A stretch of DNA of 64,000 nucleotides, from the sequence record NC_055712.1. The stretch is one strand, 5' to 3'. Made by a program: the position numbers and the translations under genes. Positions within the stretch are counted from its first letter, which is position 1; each line of letters begins with the position of its first letter. The notes under the pieces were generated by a model that was given only the letters and a program-made list of their open reading frames with translations, did not search any database and was not told the DNA's origin. Below are positions 43,472 to 51,884 of this stretch, piece by piece. The DNA is from Escherichia phage phT4A.

Positions 43472-43526
43472 TGTACGCCAAGAACACCACAACCGCCGCC
43501 ATAATAATAAAAATCCAGATAGCCAT
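43410..43526 (-). CDS. single-TM micro-protein (38 aa), possibly the N-terminus of the 43304 product
   Basis: Manual: MAIWIFIIMAAVVVFLAYNAGKHESTGPCYYCGDDDYV; TAATG overlap upstream; overlaps the next ORF in another frame. Confidence 0.35.
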   Translation of the reverse strand: MAIWIFIIMAAVVVFLAYNAGKHESTGPCYYCGDDDYV

Positions 43527-43849
43527 TAGTAAAGTCCTATGCCAGCATTGAATTCGTCAACCAAATAAGTACGGAACTTTTCGCACCGTTCCTTATTTGG
43601 CGCTTGTTTGCATAGATTCATCATTGGTTCAGACTGCAAAAACTCTTTTTGTTTCAGCAACTTACCGCGTTTATACAGGTGAGCATTTTCCTCTCCCCAC
43701 ATATAAGCAACATCTAACTGTTCTGCGATCACTTGCTTACATACTGCGACATCTTTGATATCACGATTGTTGCATAACTCATCCAGGCGAGCATCACCCG
43801 CGTGAGCAAATCCAGCAACCAGAGTTAAAAGCAGTGCTAACTTTTTCAT
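43526..43849 (-). CDS. exported small protein (107 aa)
   Basis: Signal peptide MKKLALLLTLVAGFAHA. Confidence 0.6.
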   Translation of the reverse strand: MKKLALLLTLVAGFAHAGDARLDELCNNRDIKDVAVCKQVIAEQLDVAYMWGEENAHLYKRGKLLKQKEFLQSEPMMNLCKQAPNKERCEKFRTYLVDEFNAGIGLY

Positions 43850-43858
43850 GATGATTCC

Positions 43859-44458
43859 TTATTCATCCTCTTCGATAGGAGTATAATAATGCGCATTACA
43901 GATATACGCAAGAACTTTTTTCAGAGACATATCCGAGAATGTCGGATCCTGGTTTCGTCTCATCCCACTACCAGTTTCAACAGCCCAACGTTTGTTAGCT
44001 GGATTGTATGTCAGCCAGTAACAATCCCATTCAGACAGAGTATGTTCGAACAGATCGAAACGCTTACGCCCATTTGCTTGCGGCCTGACAAAAGGTTCAA
44101 CCATTTCTAAAGCGGTTAAAACTCGATTAAGGTTTGAACCGTCTTCATCCATCGCGATCCGCAAACAGTATTGGTTAATGTCCGGATCCATACCATCGAT
44201 ACCCAGACCGATAGATTCGAAAAATTTTGTTGCCGCGTGATAAGACACACTGGAAGAACGATATTCCAACATCACGGGGATCTTTTCCCCGTCCTTGACG
44301 TTGTTAATGATATCCTGATCGATGAGTTCAATCAGGTCTCTTTTCTCTTTAATCAACGTGGAAATTTCTTCTTGCAGTGGGGCTATCTGTGCATGAAGTT
44401 CTTTTATCCGTTGATCAATTACGGTCACTTCGAAAGCTAAATTTCTCATTGTACCCAT
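43859..44458 (-). CDS. hypothetical protein (199 aa)
   Basis: ORF track. Confidence 0.6.
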   Translation of the reverse strand: MGTMRNLAFEVTVIDQRIKELHAQIAPLQEEISTLIKEKRDLIELIDQDIINNVKDGEKIPVMLEYRSSSVSYHAATKFFESIGLGIDGMDPDINQYCLRIAMDEDGSNLNRVLTALEMVEPFVRPQANGRKRFDLFEHTLSEWDCYWLTYNPANKRWAVETGSGMRRNQDPTFSDMSLKKVLAYICNAHYYTPIEEDE

Positions 44459-44592
44459 TCCCCGTTTTTGTCAATATACATGATCCAATCAGCAACCGAC
44501 CAATGGGAAGTATTGCCTTTCGGAGTCGCTACGATGTAGGAACCAGCTTTAAACAGTACGCGTTTAGTTTCGTTCAGGATCAGGTCGCTCAT
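44446..44592 (-). CDS. hypothetical small protein (48 aa)
   Basis: Manual: MSDLILNETKRVLFKAGSYIVATPKGNTSHWSVADWIMYIDKNGEWVQ; SD GAGAGGAA; first ORF after promoter cassette. Confidence 0.4.
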   Translation of the reverse strand: MSDLILNETKRVLFKAGSYIVATPKGNTSHWSVADWIMYIDKNGEWVQ

Positions 44593-44620
44593 AATGTATT
44601 CCTCTCAATTAGATGCATCC

Positions 44621-44658
44621 ATAATAAAAAAGCCCCCGACCGAAGTCAAGGGCTTTTT
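44621..44658 (-). promoter_or_regulatory. hairpin-embedded early promoter cassette (PeSL-like)
   Basis: Minus strand: AAAAAGCCC-TTGACT-17 nt-TATTAT; near-duplicate of the 28263 cassette. Confidence 0.6.
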
Positions 44659-44659
44659 G

Positions 44660-45301
44660 TCAAATGATTTGTTTTTCTTCTAACAGCTTCGCGGTTGTAT
44701 TAACCATACGAGCATAATCACGGGCTTCTTTCTTTGTATACTTGAAACCAGCGTTATAGCTCGCCAGCGCCTTTTTCAAGTCGCCTTTGTGGTAATCAAG
44801 CCAATACTCCAGTTCATAGATCGCATACTTCGATCCACCTTGAAGAGTTTCGAGCTTTTTGATTACTACGCGTTTAGGATATGACTTATCCATTCGTGCG
44901 CTGGCGCTCCTTGCGGTAACTTGCCAGCATCCATAAGCGTGATGGCCTTTTTTACCTTTACCGACATTCTCACATGCGCGAGACTCGATCCAGGCAATAG
45001 CCGCTAAATGATAGCCTAAACGTTTAGCCTTATCTTTTTCTACAGGTTTTGCAGTCTTCAAATCATAGTTGTGTCCAACTCGATAAGCATACTCCAAAAC
45101 CTCTTTCTGCTTCGGTGTAATGTTATCCAAATCCTTGATGTAGGATGGAGAATTTTTGTTTGCCGGAGGCTTCACAGTAGCCTTTTGTAAAGGCAATTGA
45201 TGAGTAGGCAAATCCGCAATGAAATCCCCTAGCGGATCCGTCGCAGCGTTGCCAGAAAAAGAGCACAAGAAAATGCTGGCAGCAATAATAATTTTCTTCA
45301 T
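44660..45301 (-). CDS. secreted lytic transglycosylase (SLT-domain) protein
   Basis: Signal peptide MKKIIIAASIFLCSFSGNA; AAIAWIESRA (catalytic Glu-Ser) .. YGCWQV. Confidence 0.7.
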   Translation of the reverse strand: MKKIIIAASIFLCSFSGNAATDPLGDFIADLPTHQLPLQKATVKPPANKNSPSYIKDLDNITPKQKEVLEYAYRVGHNYDLKTAKPVEKDKAKRLGYHLAAIAWIESRACENVGKGKKGHHAYGCWQVTARSASARMDKSYPKRVVIKKLETLQGGSKYAIYELEYWLDYHKGDLKKALASYNAGFKYTKKEARDYARMVNTTAKLLEEKQII

Positions 45302-45365
45302 TTTAATACCTATGTTGCAAAAAGAGGGGCAATAATACACCCCACTTTATATTTATGCAACTATT

Positions 45366-45920
45366 TTAGATAGTTTTCGCGTCACGTAGTTTATCGGCGA
45401 TAAACTCAGCAATGTTATAATTTGAAATAGCCTTGTTAGGATCGTATAGCGCAATGATTTCATCTAACGATACCATAACGGCATGTTTAAAGTAGACGCT
45501 CCAGCTAGTAGTAAGGATCTCACTGTTGTCAAATCCACAATCAGGGCTGAACAATGCGCGGTATTTGTACCCACTGTATTTCGTCAGACGATTTGTGCTG
45601 TGCGCATCACTGGTGATCAGAAAAGTCCCCTGGTGAGTTTCAACAACGAAAAAGTATCCGAGGCGTTCTTTGTTGTCCAGCATCTTTTCAAACTTGCGAT
45701 CGGTTTCTTCGCGAACAATACGAGAAGTCAGCATTTCCAACACTTTATCGTATTCAGGCCAATCATTCTCGATCACGATTGCATCAAATGGTTTCTTACC
45801 ATTAATCCCGCGCCCGATTTCGATTTTCGTGCAAATTTCGTTGAACGTTTTCAAATCTTCTGGCGTCAGTTCTTTAAGATCGCTCAACTTTGCTACATAA
45901 TAACGTTTTTCTAGTTTCAT
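45366..45920 (-). CDS. hypothetical protein (184 aa)
   Basis: Start moved to ATG 45920. Confidence 0.6.
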   Translation of the reverse strand: MKLEKRYYVAKLSDLKELTPEDLKTFNEICTKIEIGRGINGKKPFDAIVIENDWPEYDKVLEMLTSRIVREETDRKFEKMLDNKERLGYFFVVETHQGTFLITSDAHSTNRLTKYSGYKYRALFSPDCGFDNSEILTTSWSVYFKHAVMVSLDEIIALYDPNKAISNYNIAEFIADKLRDAKTI

Positions 45921-45921
45921 T

Positions 45922-46104
45922 TTACAATTCAACCTCGTTTTTACAGTATATACATTCAATAAAATCAACTTTTCGCATGTTGAAGAAATATGAACCCTCA
46001 GAAGATTTTTCCTTGTGTTTTACATCTTCCGCGTCATATTTCATAGTAGTATCACAACAATTGCACGTAACAATACGAGATTTTGCATTTATGATCTCAA
46101 TCAT
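45922..46104 (-). CDS. zinc-ribbon micro-protein (60 aa), tandem paralog 2
   Basis: CNCC..CIYC; SD TGAGGTG identical to its neighbour. Confidence 0.55.
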   Translation of the reverse strand: MIEIINAKSRIVTCNCCDTTMKYDAEDVKHKEKSSEGSYFFNMRKVDFIECIYCKNEVEL

Positions 46105-46112
46105 GATACACC

Positions 46113-46310
46113 TCAATTCAAAAATAATTTCACAGAGTTACCACATTTAGGGCATGTGATAAATTTTTTCACGACATAATCAGCAGCAGAGAAAAATCCA
46201 TTGTAAATCGATTCTCTCTTTTGCTGTATATCAGATAGTTCGTATTCTAACCCACTTTTACAGCAACTGCAAACAGTAATTAGTTTTTGGCTATGGATGA
46301 CAGTAATCAT
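46113..46310 (-). CDS. zinc-ribbon micro-protein (65 aa), tandem paralog 1
   Basis: CSCC..CPKC; MITVIHSQKLITVCSCC parallels MIEIINAKSRIVTCNCC. Confidence 0.55.
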   Translation of the reverse strand: MITVIHSQKLITVCSCCKSGLEYELSDIQQKRESIYNGFFSAADYVVKKFITCPKCGNSVKLFLN

Positions 46311-46321
46311 ATACACCTCAC

Positions 46322-46342
46322 AAAAAGGGGGCTTTCGCCCCC
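46322..46342 (-). terminator. rho-independent terminator after phoH
   Basis: Minus strand: GGGGGC-GAAA-GCCCCC then TTTTT. Confidence 0.65.
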
Positions 46343-46346
46343 ATCA

Positions 46347-47693
46347 TTAGAAATTGTCTTCGACAAACGCCGCGAGACGGGAACGATACACTGTATCAAG
46401 AATGATATGGCTTGAGTGTTCGTATTCTTTCAGCTTTTCAACAGCCCATACAAACCCGTTGTTTACGGCAGTGTTTCGAGGGTTGTCGATCTGCTTAATG
46501 TTCCCGCATAGTATCAGAAGTGTGTTCTCTCCGCAACGAGAAATGATAGATTTAATTTCGTGGTTGCTAAGGTTTTGACATTCATCAACAATTAGCACAG
46601 AACCTTTGCCCGGATCCGGATGTCCGATACTGCGACCACGGAAGTAATACAGGCTAGGGAATTGCACCACCCCTTTTTCAATCAAACCTTCAATGTATTT
46701 TTCAGATTCCGGATTATCCTTAAACAGAATATTCAGGCTAGTAATACAAGGTTCAATAGAAGGCCGGAGTTTTTCGCCCAATGTACCAGGAAGGAAGCCG
46801 ATTTCACTTGATAACGGGCTATCTGACTTCACATACATCAAGTTAGCGTAATGTCCACTATTAACCAGGTGCATAGCACCGGAAACAGCAAGCATTGTTT
46901 TACCAGAACCAGCGCCGCCCATAATGGTAGCAACATCGATTTCATTGCTCATAATGGATTCAACGAAAGCCGCTTGCAGAGAATCACGGGGCTGGATAGC
47001 TTTCATGAGTTTGCGTTTCATCGCCTGTTCATGCTTAACAGGTAAGACATTCAAGCAAATCTCATCAGCAGTCACTACACGCCCGACTAACTCACCATTA
47101 GAGGTAATGTACTGGTTAGGATAAAAATCTTCGTCAGGAAGCGAACTGTAAGTGATTTGGGCTACATTATCCGTATATCCCAACACTTCCACGGTATCCC
47201 AGAAATCAGGGATCTCTACGTAACCGGAATACAACACATCGCTATCTTTTAACGTATCGTCGCCAGTATACTGTTCTACCTTACACCCACGGGACATTGC
47301 GATCAGCAACATCATAATATCGCGAGTAACTAAGGTTGCATCCTGCTGCATACAAGTTTCAATGATTCGTTCGTCTTGCTTGTCAAGAGCAAACGTTTTG
47401 TTTCCGACATAATCAACCACTTTAAGGGTGATAGTGTCAGACAGTGCTGGGTTTGTCAGGTTTAAAGGAATACCTGATTTCGTAATCGCATCATATGACT
47501 GACCGAAAATAACTTTTGACAGAAGCCGGATCGCCAATCGTGCTTCGTGCGCTGTTCGTTCTTTCGTTTTCAGGTGATCTAATTCACCCATAGTAGCAGA
47601 GGTAATAATGATTTCTGTACCAGGTTGAGTGAATGAATAGATTGAATAGGGGTTACTAATCAAAACATTGGTGTCTAATACGTATTTTGACAT
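46347..47693 (-). CDS. phoH: PhoH-family ATPase with N-terminal PIN domain
   Basis: PIN YVLDTNVLISNP, Walker A GGAGSGKT, Walker B LIVDECQN. Confidence 0.85.
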   Translation of the reverse strand: MSKYVLDTNVLISNPYSIYSFTQPGTEIIITSATMGELDHLKTKERTAHEARLAIRLLSKVIFGQSYDAITKSGIPLNLTNPALSDTITLKVVDYVGNKTFALDKQDERIIETCMQQDATLVTRDIMMLLIAMSRGCKVEQYTGDDTLKDSDVLYSGYVEIPDFWDTVEVLGYTDNVAQITYSSLPDEDFYPNQYITSNGELVGRVVTADEICLNVLPVKHEQAMKRKLMKAIQPRDSLQAAFVESIMSNEIDVATIMGGAGSGKTMLAVSGAMHLVNSGHYANLMYVKSDSPLSSEIGFLPGTLGEKLRPSIEPCITSLNILFKDNPESEKYIEGLIEKGVVQFPSLYYFRGRSIGHPDPGKGSVLIVDECQNLSNHEIKSIISRCGENTLLILCGNIKQIDNPRNTAVNNGFVWAVEKLKEYEHSSHIILDTVYRSRLAAFVEDNF

Positions 47694-47702
47694 ACATTAA
47701 CC

Positions 47703-48227
47703 TTATGTGGTTTCGTTAAAAAATGCACCGAAAACCTCTTTTGCTTTCCGGTTATAAACGGATTTTGCTTCTTCTGGAGTGTTATAGTACCCCAAAAATT
47801 TTCTTTTTCCATCTATGTTTATCTGCGCTTTGTACTTCCCATTGGCTTTATGATAAGAAACACCTTTCAACCCTGTACTACTGTTTGAGTTACATTTCTT
47901 TTTCATCGCATTTTGCTGGTTCGTCGCTTTCTGTAAATTTCTTGCTGTATCTCCATTCTCAACACCATATACATGATCTACGATAGGAGGAAGATAACCA
48001 TTCTCAACGTAAAACACTATTCGGTGTCGCAAATACATAGAACCTTTAAAATGAATTTGGGAATACTCGTTTTTGCTTCCGGCTTCACTTCCAGGAAACA
48101 TAGGGCCGCGCTGAACTTTCCAATACACTTTACCTGTAGATGTATCAACATCTACAAAATTCAGAAGAGATTCGATCCCTTGAATCTCTTCATGTATGGT
48201 TCTTGATGAATAGCCATGACTTTTCAT
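47703..48227 (-). CDS. free-standing HNH-AP2 homing endonuclease (paralog 4; mobile)
   Basis: RHRIVFYVENGYLPPIVDHVYG plus LKGVSYHKANGKYKAQINIDGKRKFLGYYNTPEEA; ATG 48227 overlaps upstream stop. Confidence 0.85.
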   Translation of the reverse strand: MKSHGYSSRTIHEEIQGIESLLNFVDVDTSTGKVYWKVQRGPMFPGSEAGSKNEYSQIHFKGSMYLRHRIVFYVENGYLPPIVDHVYGVENGDTARNLQKATNQQNAMKKKCNSNSSTGLKGVSYHKANGKYKAQINIDGKRKFLGYYNTPEEAKSVYNRKAKEVFGAFFNETT

Positions 48228-48685
48228 TACATACCCAGCGAAATTACGTGAATATATGCTAATGGATGTTTCTTTTGTACACAATGCATGAGTGTATTAT
48301 ACACAATGTCCATGCGTTCATTGCGCGTAAGATCACACTCATCAAAAATAAGGTTTATTGCCTGGTGCTCTATTCGACGTCCACGGAAATGATTAAGAAT
48401 TGCCCCTTTACTGGTCAATACATCACATCCGGTAGCACCATTTAGCTGTTTGGCGTCTTGTGCTGCATTTAACGTATGCGCTACGTAAATGTTAAGGGAA
48501 CTATGGGAACGTTTCATAAAATCAAACGCGCCTTTAGTCTTTTGCGTTTCTCTGCCCAGATCCAGCCTGGTTTCGAATACCATAAAATCGTTAGGGCCGT
48601 AATTATGCGTTGGTTCTTCCAACTCTCGCATAAGATGCATCTTACGACATTCTTCAATTGTCTTTACATAAAATTCACTATTCAT
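48227..48685 (-). CDS. hypothetical protein (152 aa)
   Basis: ORF track. Confidence 0.6.
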   Translation of the reverse strand: MNSEFYVKTIEECRKMHLMRELEEPTHNYGPNDFMVFETRLDLGRETQKTKGAFDFMKRSHSSLNIYVAHTLNAAQDAKQLNGATGCDVLTSKGAILNHFRGRRIEHQAINLIFDECDLTRNERMDIVYNTLMHCVQKKHPLAYIHVISLGM

Positions 48686-48716
48686 GTTTTACCTTTAAGG
48701 GGCCAAAGCCCCTTTG

Positions 48717-49112
48717 TTACGCTAATTCCACATGCGGGGCATCAATGAATTTTGTTTCGATCGGAAGGTTCGGATCATTTTTCCAGTTGATACCAAAACG
48801 CAGTTTAACACCCAGTTCATCACCTGCTTGTTTAACAGCATTCAGGACAGGCAACCACACTTTAGGGTTTGTTTGCCAGCCTTGAGGCAACACGCTAGGA
48901 TACAGATCCACCGCATCACCCGTGATGTGTTTTGAGTTCATTGTTTGAGATACACCCTTACGGACATTCTCGCGCTGTTGTTCTACAGTACGCAGACCTT
49001 CACGTACACCAAAATCAACAGGAGACAGTTGCAGAGCACGTTCTACGACTTTCACCAGTTGAGGTTTAACGCCTTTAAGGTTGTTAAGGCTTTTTTGACT
49101 GAATTTAAACAT
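48717..49112 (-). CDS. endolysin, L-alanyl-D-glutamate peptidase (T5 type, peptidase M15)
   Basis: Collinear with T5 endolysin as recalled: MFKFSQKSLNNLKGVKPQL..LSPVDFGVREGLRTVEQQ..SKHITGDAVDLYP..C-terminal DAPHVELA. Confidence 0.85.
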   Translation of the reverse strand: MFKFSQKSLNNLKGVKPQLVKVVERALQLSPVDFGVREGLRTVEQQRENVRKGVSQTMNSKHITGDAVDLYPSVLPQGWQTNPKVWLPVLNAVKQAGDELGVKLRFGINWKNDPNLPIETKFIDAPHVELA

Positions 49113-49179
49113 AAATCACCTCTTGTAAAAATACCCTGTTTGGGTACACAGGGTATTTATGGTTTAAGAGGTTCGATAC

Positions 49180-49590
49180 TTAATAATCGTAAAGATCACC
49201 GAAACATTCGTCATACTCGCGTTTACGTTCAATTTGCTCGTTTCTACGATCTTCCATATATGGAGGAAGACGGTTTTCATTGACTTCATCAATGTAAGCC
49301 TGTGCATCCTCTTTTGTTAGAAAGAATGCATGGAAATTGTACCCGTTGTACCCGTTGTACCCGTTCATACTACGATCTTCAAGAGAGAATTCTGTGTGAC
49401 AGTCCCAGTCTTTGTACAGGGTGATACATTTAGCAAACAGCCCAATACCGCGATGAATGTATGGGAATCCAGTAACAATCATCTTGCTACCCATTTCCGC
49501 ATTTTCTCCGTTCACACAGAATACTTCATACATGATCGCGCCTGGTTTAACATCTTTCTTAACAGCACGTTTTTCAAAAGCACTTTTCAT
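49180..49590 (-). CDS. hypothetical protein (136 aa) with an (NGY)3 repeat
   Basis: ORF track. Confidence 0.6.
   Translation of the reverse strand: MKSAFEKRAVKKDVKPGAIMYEVFCVNGENAEMGSKMIVTGFPYIHRGIGLFAKCITLYKDWDCHTEFSLEDRSMNGYNGYNGYNFHAFFLTKEDAQAYIDEVNENRLPPYMEDRRNEQIERKREYDECFGDLYDY
49339..49365. repeat. perfect 9-nt tandem repeat (GTACCCGTT)x3
   Basis: Read directly; in frame, encodes NGYNGYNGY on the minus strand. Confidence 0.9.
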
Positions 49591-49644
49591 AATATATTCC
49601 TCTCAATTGGTGTAACTACAGATTACTAGTTTAGTTTCTGAATG

Positions 49645-49968
49645 TCAACAAGGTTTATCGTTTTTTGACGGAAAAGTTAGAGTGAACAAACGATCATGAA
49701 GGTTGTCGATCCGTTCACAAGCCTGTTTCAGTATGGTTTTATCACCATCATTTGTTGTTTCAATGCATCCAAGTTCATCGGCGTCAATGTTCACTACATC
49801 GCTCATCAATGAAGCAAACACGTTAACATCAGGATGTAACAGTTCTTCGATTTCGGCCTTCATGCCGTCGTGTTCAGAAAGGATATCAATAATATCACGG
49901 GTTAAATCTCCCTGGTACGGGAACCCTGTTTCTAAATGATTGATGATCCTTTGTGCTTTCGTAATCAT
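49645..49968 (-). CDS. hypothetical protein (107 aa)
   Basis: ORF track. Confidence 0.6.
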   Translation of the reverse strand: MITKAQRIINHLETGFPYQGDLTRDIIDILSEHDGMKAEIEELLHPDVNVFASLMSDVVNIDADELGCIETTNDGDKTILKQACERIDNLHDRLFTLTFPSKNDKPC

Positions 49969-49980
49969 AATTTTACCTAC

Positions 49981-50000
49981 AAAAAAGCCCCTTTCGGGGC
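49981..50000 (-). terminator. rho-independent terminator
   Basis: Minus strand: GCCCC-GAAA-GGGGC then TTTTTT. Confidence 0.7.
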
Positions 50001-50007
50001 TAGTTAA

Positions 50008-50271
50008 TTAAAGTTCACAGCAACGGCACACACCGTATTTTGTAAATGGAGCATCACCGCTAACGTAGGCCCAGAAATCACATGCTTCTTCGGCAGTATC
50101 GAAGATTGCGGCATCATAGAACCCGTGGGCTTCGTTACCGTTCTCATCGATGAAAACCGGAGTCCAGATATTAGGATTGAAGCAATCGTCAACAACAACC
50201 CAACCTTCTTTATCTTTCATTGCTTCTTTGTTGGCTTCGATGTGAGCTAAGATTTCGTTCATGATGTCCAT
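50008..50271 (-). CDS. hypothetical acidic protein (87 aa)
   Basis: ORF track; leader with GAAACGAAAC motif upstream. Confidence 0.6.
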   Translation of the reverse strand: MDIMNEILAHIEANKEAMKDKEGWVVVDDCFNPNIWTPVFIDENGNEAHGFYDAAIFDTAEEACDFWAYVSGDAPFTKYGVCRCCEL

Positions 50272-50340
50272 TTTTCTCTCCTAAAGTGTGTTTCGTTTCT
50301 ACAGGGCTATAGTCTCATAACCCCGTATCTACGTCAACAC

Positions 50341-50601
50341 TTATTTGAAGCGAATTGTGCTATTTTTGAAAAATAGTCCAGAGCACACAGCACCTTCAAT
50401 TTTCACCCCTGTAGGGCTTTTAGCAACGAACCCTGTTGCGTAGGTGTCTTTCTCATCACATGCGAACCAGGCGTGGCCTGTGTACGTGATATCGCTAAAC
50501 CCGTTAGCAGTCAGAATACGTTCGGCTTCTTTCTCATCGGTGCATCCGGATTGTGCTAAAACGACAATAACGACTAACACCAAAGCAATAATATATTTCA
50601 T
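50341..50601 (-). CDS. lipoprotein (86 aa)
   Basis: MKYIIALVLVVIVVLAQSGC lipobox. Confidence 0.65.
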   Translation of the reverse strand: MKYIIALVLVVIVVLAQSGCTDEKEAERILTANGFSDITYTGHAWFACDEKDTYATGFVAKSPTGVKIEGAVCSGLFFKNSTIRFK

Positions 50602-50602
50602 G

Positions 50603-51034
50603 TTAAACTCTTTTTAAGTTGGTTTTACTGGCTTCAATCCAGTACACGGGATCAGAATAGTTACCGCACATACCCAGTAACACAGTTGTACATCCTAAAT
50701 GATCGGAAGGTCTCAATCCATCAGGATGAAAAGGCAATTCGTTAACACCGATACTGGTAGCAAAAAGAGCACCTCCAGTACTGTAAAATGTTTTGATATG
50801 ATCGTATGCATCATCAGGCCACTGAAAACGATAAGTTTTATTGTCAATGGTTACTGTATACATATCATATTCCGTAAACAACGGATCTTTTCCTTGTGTT
50901 GCCCCATACAGAGCGCCGCGCCATTCAACCAGATTTGCTTCAATGTCGCTTACACAAATTTCGTTACCCATACGCAAATCATGAAGGATCCCTTCAATGG
51001 TACGAATAGCCCCACTAAGTTCATTAGTTAACAT
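50603..51034 (-). CDS. hypothetical protein (143 aa)
   Basis: ORF track. Confidence 0.6.
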   Translation of the reverse strand: MLTNELSGAIRTIEGILHDLRMGNEICVSDIEANLVEWRGALYGATQGKDPLFTEYDMYTVTIDNKTYRFQWPDDAYDHIKTFYSTGGALFATSIGVNELPFHPDGLRPSDHLGCTTVLLGMCGNYSDPVYWIEASKTNLKRV

Positions 51035-51044
51035 AGAGTTTCCT

Positions 51045-51218
51045 TTAAATCGGTTTAATGGTTTTCAGGTGTAGTTTAGCATAAGAAGAACCAAATGAGT
51101 TACCATTATGATCAAACTTATGTTCTTCACTCTTCCAGTATTTCCCCGATTTCATCAAGGGTATACGCTTCTTACCTGCTGTTATCGTTTCAACCATTCC
51201 GGTATGAGTGAATGTCAT
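51045..51218 (-). CDS. hypothetical small protein (57 aa)
   Basis: Manual: MTFTHTGMVETITAGKKRIPLMKSGKYWKSEEHKFDHNGNSFGSSYAKLHLKTIKPI; ATGA overlap. Confidence 0.4.
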   Translation of the reverse strand: MTFTHTGMVETITAGKKRIPLMKSGKYWKSEEHKFDHNGNSFGSSYAKLHLKTIKPI

Positions 51219-51562
51219 GATATACCCTCTTCTTTCAGCACTTCCCAGATCAGTTTATCAAGGTGCATCAGGTTCCACATAACCGAATCATAAGAACCCA
51301 GTGAGCGGGAGTAAATCACTCCCCATGAACGATAACTTTTCTGGAATGCTTCTGCACTATCTACATCATACGGCATATCATCACCGGATGCAATCAAAAG
51401 TTTAAGGATCATCAGACTGTTCAGAAGTTTTGAACTAGCGTCTTGTGCTTGTACTTTTGCACAATAATTTTCAATAATCGCTTTTGCCTTTGGTTCGGTG
51501 ATGCGTCCATTTTTGCATCGCTCTTTGTACACATACATAAGTTCATCGATTATTTCTTGCAT
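51215..51562 (-). CDS. hypothetical protein (115 aa)
   Basis: ORF track; SD AGGAAAG. Confidence 0.6.
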   Translation of the reverse strand: MQEIIDELMYVYKERCKNGRITEPKAKAIIENYCAKVQAQDASSKLLNSLMILKLLIASGDDMPYDVDSAEAFQKSYRSWGVIYSRSLGSYDSVMWNLMHLDKLIWEVLKEEGIS

Positions 51563-51884
51563 ACATTCTTTCCTTCTGTTCTGTGCTCATGCCATACAAC
51601 TGAGAGCGTATACGGTCTTGTATACGACGCGTTTCGTTTTGCATCAGTTGGTTTGAAAGAATCAAATCGACCACCGCGCCGCGAACTTTCCATAGATAAT
51701 CAATCATCGCCATATCTTCATCAGTATGGAAACCCTTCGCATCACATTCATAGATAATGCTTTGCCTTTCCGCCATTGCCATTTCTGCTGTCGCCGGAGT
51801 AGCCAGAGAATATTCATACTTCTCGATCAATGATTCCAGTGTACGTGGTTTTACGGGAATGTCAACAGTTATTGGACGAATCAT
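51543..51884 (-). CDS. hypothetical protein (113 aa)
   Basis: Start moved to ATG 51884 (ATGA overlap). Confidence 0.55.
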   Translation of the reverse strand: MIRPITVDIPVKPRTLESLIEKYEYSLATPATAEMAMAERQSIIYECDAKGFHTDEDMAMIDYLWKVRGAVVDLILSNQLMQNETRRIQDRIRSQLYGMSTEQKERMYARNNR

